The notes beneath the pieces were generated by a model. That model ran no database searches and was not told the DNA's origin. It saw only the letters and a list, made by a program, of their open reading frames with translations. The position numbers and the translations under genes are program-made. From Promethearchaeota archaeon (lineage in GTDB: Archaea; Asgardarchaeota; Lokiarchaeia; Sigyniarchaeales; SOKP01), in assembly GCA_048938005.1 (NCBI GenBank), contig JBHLMQ010000062.1, positions 1 through 16,430 on the forward strand: a stretch of DNA of 16,430 bases, given 5' to 3'. Shown here in pieces: positions 1 to 7,446 of the stretch. Each line of letters opens with the position of its first letter. Position 1 is the stretch's first letter.

Positions 1-11
1 AATTCACTCAT
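1..11 (-). CDS. Probable 5' end (M-S-E-...) of a gene running off the left edge of the window
   Basis: The minus strand reads GGTGA-atcaaa-ATG AGT GAA TT: an archaeal Shine-Dalgarno-like GGTGA (18-22) 6 nt before an ATG at 11..9. Only three full codons are visible. Confidence 0.45.
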
Positions 12-133
12 TTTGATTCACCATATTAAAAATATCATTTTTTAAAAACAAAATTTGTAGTAATCTAGATTAGAGAATGTTTTATTTAAAAATTTATTTA
101 AACTGAAAGAAAATAATGAAAATCTTTTTAGCT

Positions 134-154
134 AAAGAAGGAACGGGAACCCGT
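134..154 (-). terminator. Possible terminator or short hairpin after the roadblock gene
   Basis: GC-rich inverted repeat ACGGG-AA-CCCGT (143-154) about 10 nt past the stop at 164. On the minus strand it is followed by a pyrimidine tract (ttccttcttt). It stands out in an AT-rich spacer, but the stem is short. Confidence 0.3.
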
Positions 155-163
155 AAAATATGT

Positions 164-1156
164 TTAATCTTCTTCTTGGTCCCATCCAAGATCCTTTAAA
201 ACAGAACCAAGAGCTTCAGATTCTTCCTCTAACACAAATTCTGTATCATATTCAGAAGCAGAAATTTCTGATTCAAAATCTGGGGGAGCTAACTCTTCAA
301 ACGATGGTAATTCATCAAGAGGGGGTAATTCTTCAGTTAATACCGCTTCTTCTGAAATGGGTGCTCGTTTTTCTGAAATTGGTTCTTCATCAATTTCCAT
401 TGGAGTATAATCATCAAGGGGAATCGGTGGAACTTCATCCTCATATATTTTAAATCCAGTCTGAGTTGCTTGAATTATAGTTTCTGGGATATGAGATGCC
501 TCGGATTCAGCAACTGCTTTTATTTCCTTATCAAGCCCTAATCCTACTGATTTTGGAATTGAAACAACACCACTTTCTGTTGATGCTTCAAGTTCTTCGA
601 ATTCAATATCTTCTTTTTCCCAATTATCTAAAAATCCTAATAAATCATCTAAAGCTGCTTTATCTTGTTCAAGTGAAGGTTTTACTATTAGTTTAGTTTC
701 TTCTTCTATCTTTTGCTGTTCAATTTTCTCTATTTCGGATTCTTCAAGAGATAGCATCATTTCTGTTTCTTGATCTCCAGAAATTAACTTATTTAACTCT
801 TTTGCTAACTCTCTTAAATAACCTAGATAGTAGCCAATATGATAAATAGCTCGTAGACCTCCAAACACAATGTATTCGTCATTAATAGCCATCAAGATAC
901 TATAACCTGATGTGTTATGTAAAATAATTTCTGTTAAAGCACCATGAACAGTTGCTTGGTTCAATCTTAAGCCTAAATCTATTAAGGCAGTACTTGATGC
1001 AGAAGTAGCATCAGCATCTAATTCTGAAGAAGTTGCGCTGGCTACTTTCATTCCTACTCGAGATAAAACTGAAAGATTTTCTAAATCAGTTTTATTTTCT
1101 TCTTCTCTTAATACATGCATCATTTTATTACGGATATCTTCTGCAATTGTAGACAT
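164..1156 (-). CDS. Roadblock/LC7 (LAMTOR2/MglB-like) domain protein with a long acidic disordered C-terminal tail
   Basis: aa ~5-126 follow the roadblock pattern: helix, 'NLSVLSRVGMKVAS', 'DADATSASSTALIDLGLRL', 'LTEIILHNTSGYSILMAINDEYIVFG', then 'IGYYLGYLRELAKEL'. aa 127-330 are E/D/P-rich. SD-like AGGAG lies upstream of the ATG. Confidence 0.82.
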   Translation of the reverse strand: MSTIAEDIRNKMMHVLREEENKTDLENLSVLSRVGMKVASATSSELDADATSASSTALIDLGLRLNQATVHGALTEIILHNTSGYSILMAINDEYIVFGGLRAIYHIGYYLGYLRELAKELNKLISGDQETEMMLSLEESEIEKIEQQKIEEETKLIVKPSLEQDKAALDDLLGFLDNWEKEDIEFEELEASTESGVVSIPKSVGLGLDKEIKAVAESEASHIPETIIQATQTGFKIYEDEVPPIPLDDYTPMEIDEEPISEKRAPISEEAVLTEELPPLDELPSFEELAPPDFESEISASEYDTEFVLEEESEALGSVLKDLGWDQEED

Positions 1157-1251
1157 TTACTTTTGCTCCTTGCTATAATATATGATTAACCTCAATTTTT
1201 TTAGCTAAGATTTAAGTATAAATAGAAAGCCTATTTTAATATATTTTATCA

Positions 1252-1968
1252 TTAATTTATAAATTTCATTAAGTTCATCTGGGTCGAAATTGGTTTTTCA
1301 AGCTTCTCGAAAGAGTACCCAGATAAGTGTGTTATTAATTTCTTCATTTTATTTATTACTCCTTCTTGAAATAAATTATCTGTATTGATCATGAAAACAC
1401 CCTCTTTATTTGAAAGAAATTGTTTGTAATAAGAGAGTATTGTTAATAAATATTCTTTATCTTCCTCATTCCATTCCTTTCGTATTTTTTCTAATGAACC
1501 TCTTTGAATTATTCGTTTCATGATTGTATCAGGTTTAGCATACAAGTAAAAAATATAATCTTCTTTCCATTGAATAGAATTATAGGTATCTAAAATAAGA
1601 CTATAATCTTTTTCTTTTAGGTTCAAACTCTTAGAATATATTAGAACACATATAGGTGTTCTGTCTAAAATGATTATTCTTCCATTATATTTTTCATCAA
1701 AATTTGTAATATTCTGATTACGTTTAATAAATTGTTGAAGAAAATGAAGTTCACTTCTAAATCCAATTTGCTTATTTGGTGATCCAAAAGGAAAGGGTGG
1801 TTTTTTTATATATCTTTCAGGAAAAAACTTAAATTTATTATTATCTTTAACATTTTTTTCTTTTTTAAAAAGATTGAATATAGTAGTTTTTCCAACACCA
1901 TGAGCTCCTGCAATTGAGATGATAATATTATCTTTACTTCCTCTATTTCTATATATTTGTTTACCCAA
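1252..1968 (-). CDS. Deoxynucleoside kinase / thymidylate kinase family P-loop kinase with a C-terminal PIP-box-like motif
   Basis: Walker A 'IAGAHGVGKTT', 'FPER', the NMP/dNK 'ILDRTP' motif and the lid 'YLYAKPDTIMKRIIQRG'. TTG start with GGAG upstream. The substrate cannot be determined from sequence alone. Confidence 0.8.
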   Translation of the reverse strand: MGKQIYRNRGSKDNIIISIAGAHGVGKTTIFNLFKKEKNVKDNNKFKFFPERYIKKPPFPFGSPNKQIGFRSELHFLQQFIKRNQNITNFDEKYNGRIIILDRTPICVLIYSKSLNLKEKDYSLILDTYNSIQWKEDYIFYLYAKPDTIMKRIIQRGSLEKIRKEWNEEDKEYLLTILSYYKQFLSNKEGVFMINTDNLFQEGVINKMKKLITHLSGYSFEKLEKPISTQMNLMKFIN

Positions 1969-2097
1969 TCTTTTTTACTCCGAACAATAAGATTAAATCG
2001 TAATAATAAAACTATAGTTAAAATATAATAAATCTAGAGATTATTGATTTTTCTTATTATTAAAATTTTATATTTGGGGGGTAATTAGTTAGTTAAA

Positions 2098-3138
2098 TTA
2101 AAGAAAGATTAGGATCAATGCAATAACATTATAACTAATATTAGCTATAATTGTATTATATATATTTCCATTTAAAGAATAAAGAAGTCCAAGCACTACA
2201 AATGATAGGAAATTTAGGAGAATAAAACTCACTCCTACCGGGAAAGAAAATAACAGCATTACAAGTGAATAAATTAGCGCAACCAAGAGGATCACATAAA
2301 ATTCATTTTTAAATTTTTGTTTTAGTGTATTATGTAAGACACCTCTAAATACAATTTCTGAAAAGATTGTTCTGAAAAATATTGAAATAGTTAGCAGTAT
2401 TATCCACAATAAGTCAGCATTTCTAATTAACAAGTTCTGATTTTCTATACTTGATTTAATATCAAAAAAGTCTAGGCCTGCATCTGAAATGAAGTTAATT
2501 AAAGAATCAGAAAAAAAACTTACCAATAATAAAACAAGACTACCCAAAATCCCGATTAGTACTGCTATGATTATTTTTTTTGAATCCGAAAAAAAACCCA
2601 ATTTGTTAAAGCTATGCTTTTTTCTAAGAATATAATATATTGGATATATTCCAAATAATAGTTCAGGAATTTGACTCAATATAATTAGTTGAATACTCAT
2701 TTCAAATGAAATGAAAGTAAAAATTAAAAAGAAAGCAATCACTAAAACATAGATACAGGTTCCGAAAACATTAATCCCTTCTCTTAAGTTCCAAGAGTCT
2801 TTCTTTAATAAGAACTTCTGTTCAGGTTCAAGCTTTTTACTTGTAAAAATTAACCCTGGTTTCTTTTGAATTGCTGCTTTTTTAACTTCAGATAATTTTT
2901 CTAATGTGGTGTTACATATTGGACATTGATCTAAAATAGTGGATGTAATCATAGAACCACAACCAGGGCATTTTCTTGAAAGTTCTACCTTTTCGAAGGT
3001 TGGTGGTTTCGGAATTTTTTTGCTTGGTTCAAGTTTAATAACTAATTTCCCACATTTAGGACAATAAATCTTTCCTTCTTCAATATCAGATCCACAATAT
3101 ACGCAATATTTGATCTTTCTCTTATTATCTTTTGACAT
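2098..3138 (-). CDS. Double zinc-ribbon + CPBP (Abi/CAAX protease, Rce1-like) intramembrane protein, probably catalytically inactive
   Basis: N-terminal CVYC/CPKC/CPGC/CPIC. From aa ~122 there are several hydrophobic TM segments, with 'KLGF' and 'SEIVFRGVL...' plus 'LGLLYSLNGNIYNTIIANISYN' matching the CPBP motif layout. Confidence 0.78.
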   Translation of the reverse strand: MSKDNKRKIKYCVYCGSDIEEGKIYCPKCGKLVIKLEPSKKIPKPPTFEKVELSRKCPGCGSMITSTILDQCPICNTTLEKLSEVKKAAIQKKPGLIFTSKKLEPEQKFLLKKDSWNLREGINVFGTCIYVLVIAFFLIFTFISFEMSIQLIILSQIPELLFGIYPIYYILRKKHSFNKLGFFSDSKKIIIAVLIGILGSLVLLLVSFFSDSLINFISDAGLDFFDIKSSIENQNLLIRNADLLWIILLTISIFFRTIFSEIVFRGVLHNTLKQKFKNEFYVILLVALIYSLVMLLFSFPVGVSFILLNFLSFVVLGLLYSLNGNIYNTIIANISYNVIALILIFL

Positions 3139-3260
3139 AACTCTTATTTTAAATAAAATTCTTTTTCATAACTTTATTTTGCAAAATATATAAACTAAGA
3201 ATTATATAATTTTTGTTTACAATTTAATATATTAAATAAATAGGTATACTGTTTGAATAT

Positions 3261-3647
3261 ATGCTAAAAAAAATCTTTAAAAAAAGAATTAATGAAATAC
3301 ACGAGAAAGTTAGGGATAAAAGAATTCTACTCGCTGATGATATGTCTAATTTCTTCGGATTAGAATCATTAGGAGTATGGAAAGTTCGTGGGAACGGTGT
3401 TTTATTACTAACAGAAGAACAACTAATCTTTGGAATGTGGAAACCTAAGAAAGAGTTAATAATCCCGATTAAATCTATTATTAAAATTACAAATCCAAAA
3501 TCACATATGCATAGATCCGTATTTAGACCACTTTTAAAAGTAATATTTAATAATGAAATTGGAGAAATTGACTCTGCCGCGTGGTATGTACAACATTTAG
3601 ATAAGTGGAATGAGGTTCTTAACAAGTTACTTTTAAAAAATAGATAA
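3261..3647 (+). CDS. Small stand-alone PH-like (GRAM/bPH-type) domain protein
   Basis: 'RGNGVLLLTEEQLIF...ELIIPIKSIIKI...LLKVIF...AAWYV...KWNEVLNKL' matches the G-x-L-x-L-T-x-x-x-L-x-F / I-P-x-x-x-I strand pattern and the terminal Trp-containing helix of PH-like folds. ATG start, and codon usage resembles its neighbours. Confidence 0.65.
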   Translation: MLKKIFKKRINEIHEKVRDKRILLADDMSNFFGLESLGVWKVRGNGVLLLTEEQLIFGMWKPKKELIIPIKSIIKITNPKSHMHRSVFRPLLKVIFNNEIGEIDSAAWYVQHLDKWNEVLNKLLLKNR

Positions 3648-3650
3648 AAT

Positions 3651-4928
3651 TCACGTATTTTTATGCTTATTAATATTTTTTAAATTCTTTTTCGTAATAG
3701 AACTTAATTCCATAAGTAAAAGTCCGTGATAATAAGAAATCGAATCATAATATACTTCTCCTAAATCTGCTTTACCAGCATATACTAATGCCATTTGAGC
3801 ATTGAGTGCTGCTCTCATTAAAAGTTCAACTCCTTTATAAATTAAATTTGGAGACCAAGTTCCATTGAGTGGGTTAGACCACCATGTTGGACATGAATGA
3901 AGGCTTCTATCATAATACCACCTTCCTGTATTATAATAATTCTCAACCTCCCAATCTGTTGTTAAATCTAAATTATCTGCTAATTCCATTAGATTATTAA
4001 GGCTTTTGATTATTTTCCAGTAATATCTATGTATATTGTTATTAGGATGTTTCCATAATGGATAAGGAATACCCTCCTGAATATCTTCATAAGTGGTGCT
4101 CCAACTTGATTCACGAGGTATGATTTTTTTTTTACTTATTGGAAAATATTGATCCAATTCTGAAATTGATATCATTTTCATTGTCTCTTCAACCTGAATG
4201 AGATCTAATACTTTCTTTAAAAATGTTCTTTCATAATTTTTGATATGATGGCCAAAAGTCTCACCATCCATTGCTGTGATAACATATTTATTAATTACTT
4301 TTGCTGATTTTGCGTGGGGATTATTTTTTGGTTGAAAAATCTCTTTAATTGATTTGATGAATTCCTTTGCAGATATATCCTTAAAAGAGATTTTATTACT
4401 AAGAATGTCATCTCTAAAGAACAATTGAAGTCCATTAGGTGAGCAAAAAATTTGGTCATAAGGCCAGCCAACCGGGCAAGCTATTCCACTTAAAATTACC
4501 CATCTGTATCCTAACTGGCGAATAAATTTAGCTACCCCTCCCGATATAGCCATTTCTGGTGGAAAAAAACCTTTTCTATGCCAATGACCAAATTCTTTTC
4601 TGTTCACTTCTTCATTCATCTGAATCTGATGTTGTGCTTCTTTTTTTGGAATTAATGGAAGAATGGGATGAAATTTTGCTGTTCCTACAATCTCAACTTT
4701 ATTCTCAGATACTAAATTTTTTAGTAGATCCATTGTATCTGATATTCCATATTCATAGAGTAATTCAATTAGAACTCCATTAATATTTAAGCAGAATTTT
4801 ACATTTTCGTATTCTTCCAGTAATTTAAACACGGGTTTATAACACTCTTTATCAACTTTTTTCAAAATCTTAAGTTCTTGCGTTGGGGGTTGATAAATAT
4901 GGAGTAAAGGAGCCCAATATGTTACCAT
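3651..4928 (-). CDS. Glycoside hydrolase family 57 (alpha-amylase/amylopullulanase-like)
   Basis: GH57 conserved regions: 'LHIYQP', 'GTAKFHPILPL', 'GFFPPEMA' (nucleophile Glu), 'AMDGETFGHH' (acid/base Asp) and 'ESSWS'. No signal peptide is visible. Confidence 0.9.
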   Translation of the reverse strand: MVTYWAPLLHIYQPPTQELKILKKVDKECYKPVFKLLEEYENVKFCLNINGVLIELLYEYGISDTMDLLKNLVSENKVEIVGTAKFHPILPLIPKKEAQHQIQMNEEVNRKEFGHWHRKGFFPPEMAISGGVAKFIRQLGYRWVILSGIACPVGWPYDQIFCSPNGLQLFFRDDILSNKISFKDISAKEFIKSIKEIFQPKNNPHAKSAKVINKYVITAMDGETFGHHIKNYERTFLKKVLDLIQVEETMKMISISELDQYFPISKKKIIPRESSWSTTYEDIQEGIPYPLWKHPNNNIHRYYWKIIKSLNNLMELADNLDLTTDWEVENYYNTGRWYYDRSLHSCPTWWSNPLNGTWSPNLIYKGVELLMRAALNAQMALVYAGKADLGEVYYDSISYYHGLLLMELSSITKKNLKNINKHKNT

Positions 4929-5053
4929 CTAACTTAATAATCCTAACTTTAATTATATCTTTTTAATTACCAATATTATTAATTTAAAATTAGAATTATT
5001 CTAATAATATTTTTTGATAAAATCTTTACTGTGTCAATTAAAGTGAAAAAAAA

Positions 5054-6160
5054 ATGAGTGAAATTAAATTTGGTAATCAACTATTTTTTTCCCATTCTTA
5101 TGATTTTCTTCGGAAAAAGGTTACTACAGCCAATAAAGAGAATTGGGATTCAATATGGTTTCCTGATCATTTGACGGGTATGCCAGGCGTATTAATAGAT
5201 GATTTTTTAAGTTTATGGCCAGTTTTTGGTTCATTTGCCGAATTGGCGAAGGGAAAATTATTTGGTTCAGCAGTAACAGACCCCCATAGAATTCATCCCG
5301 CTGTGCTAGCTCAAATAGCAACAACAATAAACCATATTTCTGGAGGAAAGTTTATACTTGGAATTGGTGCTGGAGAAGCAATGAATTTAAGAACTTATAA
5401 TATAAACTATGATCATGCGCTCACTAAAATGAGAGAAACTATTGAATTAATAAAATTATTTTGGAGAAAGGGCAAACGAGTGACATATAAAGGTAAATTT
5501 TATGAGACCAAAAAAGCACTATTACTTCCTCAGCCAATATCAGAAATTCCAATTTGGGTTGCCGCTAATGGTCCAAAAACGTTACAAATGACCGCAGAGA
5601 TTGCAGATGGTTGGTTACCGACGGGAATTACAATTGATTTCTATAAATCTGCCCGAGAAAAAATAGTTAATGTTTTAAATGAAAAAGGAAGGGATATTTC
5701 AAAATTTACTTTTGGAGCATTTTATTTTCTCTTCATGAATGATGATGAAGAGCAAATTAATGAAGTAGTAAAACGGTTAAAATATAGTCTTTTATTGCAA
5801 CCAAGAGCAATAAAGGAAATAGGATTCTGGAAAGATGAATTTGATGATATATTTTTTGAGGCTACTGGATTTGGCTGTGAAGAAGTAAGTCCCCTCAAGG
5901 TTGATAGAGATGATTTACTCAAATTTGATTTAAAGAAATTAGAACCAATACTTGATAACATTCCTGATAAAGTTATCCGTGAGAATGGTATAATTGGAAC
6001 AAAGGAGGAAATTATTAAAAAAATCAAGAATTATATTGAAACTGGTGCACAACATTTTGTTTTCACTATAGATAATGGTGCATCAAGTAAGAATGCTCCT
6101 TTTACCTATTGGGATGTATGCAAAATAATTAGTGAAGAAATAATCCCTTTATTCAAATAA
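5054..6160 (+). CDS. LLM-class (luciferase-like) flavin/F420-dependent oxidoreductase, Mer/Fgd-like
   Basis: 'DSIWFPDHL', 'GSAVTDPHRIHPAVLAQ', 'SGGKFILGIGAGE', 'PIWVAANGPKTLQMTAEIADGWLP' and 'IGTKEEI'. F420 use is inferred from the archaeal context. Confidence 0.88.
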   Translation: MSEIKFGNQLFFSHSYDFLRKKVTTANKENWDSIWFPDHLTGMPGVLIDDFLSLWPVFGSFAELAKGKLFGSAVTDPHRIHPAVLAQIATTINHISGGKFILGIGAGEAMNLRTYNINYDHALTKMRETIELIKLFWRKGKRVTYKGKFYETKKALLLPQPISEIPIWVAANGPKTLQMTAEIADGWLPTGITIDFYKSAREKIVNVLNEKGRDISKFTFGAFYFLFMNDDEEQINEVVKRLKYSLLLQPRAIKEIGFWKDEFDDIFFEATGFGCEEVSPLKVDRDDLLKFDLKKLEPILDNIPDKVIRENGIIGTKEEIIKKIKNYIETGAQHFVFTIDNGASSKNAPFTYWDVCKIISEEIIPLFK

Positions 6161-6182
6161 TAAATACATTTCTTAAATTTTA

Positions 6183-7295
6183 TTATTTCTCAATGATTGT
6201 TTCTTTAATAGCTGTTCCAAAATGAGTTGCTCCAGGACCAATATGAACCAGAATTTCATCTCCAACTTTGAGATCTACAACAGATTTTGCATTTCCATCC
6301 GCATTTACTAAGCGAATAGTCTCTGCATTTTGACAAATACAACTTAAAGGTATCTTTTTCTCGCCTTTAGATACTTCTAATTCAAACCTAAGCATTGGAC
6401 GTGTTTCAATTTTTACTCTTCCAACTGATACAACACGAGCTTCACCTTTAGTATTAACTACTAATACCTTATCACCGCCCTTTAATTCGCTCAAATAATT
6501 TGTCCTATAAATTTTCTCTGGATCGTCATTAGGGACTAAAATATAAGCAGAAACATCTCCCGCATTTACTCTAAAAGGTCGAGACGCAACAAATTGTGTT
6601 TCAAACACTTCTGCATGCACTAAAGCAAAGCCCATTGCAGTACTTCCAATGAGCATCCCTTCTCCGGGATGAAGAAGAGAGGTAGTATCTATACATACTC
6701 TTTCGCTCTCAGGAATACTTTGAATGCTTAGTATTTTTGCCCTAACTATTTCCACATTAAATCCTGCTTGTACAAGATTTTTCAAATCGACGATATCATT
6801 AGCATCCTTTGGTGTCATGAGAATCCCATCGACACCAATTTCTAAGGTTTTAAGCATTAATTCTGCCTCTTTAACATCCTCAACTGACGCAATCAAATCT
6901 GTTTCGTTCGAGTGCATTTCTGCTATTAAATTTTCAAATGGAATTATTTTCCAATCTTTAGCAGACACTATGATAAAATCCACTTGCCCTGTATTGGCAA
7001 GGTCTTTAATTTCAACTTCATCATCTTTTGATTTCAATTCTTTATAAAATCCAAGATTCTCTTCTGGAATTCCATCTCCGAGAACTTCATTCAGGATTGC
7101 TTTATCTGTATATATCCTATACTTAGGGGATAATTCTAAGTCTTTTGAGTATATATTTATACGCTCAATTTTTTCGAACTCAGAGTAGGTTTCTTTAGAA
7201 ACCAAGAAATTTAGAATATCTTTATTAAATGCTTCTTGAACTAATTCTTTGAAATTTTCGGTCGTGGTTTCAAAATCTAATATTATTTTTTTCAT
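6183..7295 (-). CDS. aroB': 3-dehydroquinate synthase II (archaeal alternative shikimate entry)
   Basis: 'DWKIIPFENLIA', 'LEIGVDG', 'RVCIDT', 'GEGMLIGS', 'RPFRVNAG', 'YLSELKGGD', 'VGRVKIETRP', 'QNAETIRLV' and C-terminal 'HFGTAIKETIIEK'. Confidence 0.93.
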   Translation of the reverse strand: MKKIILDFETTTENFKELVQEAFNKDILNFLVSKETYSEFEKIERINIYSKDLELSPKYRIYTDKAILNEVLGDGIPEENLGFYKELKSKDDEVEIKDLANTGQVDFIIVSAKDWKIIPFENLIAEMHSNETDLIASVEDVKEAELMLKTLEIGVDGILMTPKDANDIVDLKNLVQAGFNVEIVRAKILSIQSIPESERVCIDTTSLLHPGEGMLIGSTAMGFALVHAEVFETQFVASRPFRVNAGDVSAYILVPNDDPEKIYRTNYLSELKGGDKVLVVNTKGEARVVSVGRVKIETRPMLRFELEVSKGEKKIPLSCICQNAETIRLVNADGNAKSVVDLKVGDEILVHIGPGATHFGTAIKETIIEK

Positions 7296-7446
7296 GGTGC
7301 TTAAATATTGGTCTATGCTAAACTTTTTTGATAAGAATTATTTTATTATATTATAGCAAATATTATTAAATTTTTAAGTCAAAAAAATTATTTAATTCAT
7401 AAATCAGATAATATTAAATTAAAGTTCTAAATGGAGTAATAATAAA
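7296..7446. promoter_or_regulatory. Divergent promoter region between aroB' and the ESCRT-III gene
   Basis: Very AT-rich 151-bp spacer between head-to-head genes, with several TATA-like runs and SD-like GGAG at ~7433-7436 before the ESCRT-III ATG. Exact TATA/BRE positions cannot be assigned. Confidence 0.45.

Noticed and set aside
160-696. Plus-strand ORFs 160..453 and 496..696
   Set aside because: Antisense shadows of the roadblock gene. Their L/Q-rich composition reflects the complementary Glu codons, and they have no motifs.
126-1208. TTTTAGCTAA palindromic core at ~126-135 and ~1199-1208, flanking the roadblock gene
   Set aside because: Short AT-rich match at inconsistent distances from start codons. 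Similar cores occur inside CDSs, so it cannot be told from chance. No transposase suggests a target-site duplication.
3224-3625. Minus-strand 133-aa ORF
   Set aside because: Antisense to the PH-like ORF 3261..3647, which has a recognisable fold pattern and typical composition.
3630-3653. Possible selenocysteine/readthrough at the TGA stop of GH57
   Set aside because: An in-frame TAA follows within six codons, the region overlaps the convergent gene, and no redox motif or SECIS-like hairpin is evident.
4559-7047. ORFs 4559..4783, 5124..5327, 5722..6027 and 6724..7047
   Set aside because: All lie fully antisense within well-supported genes (GH57, LLM, aroB') and carry no recognisable motifs.
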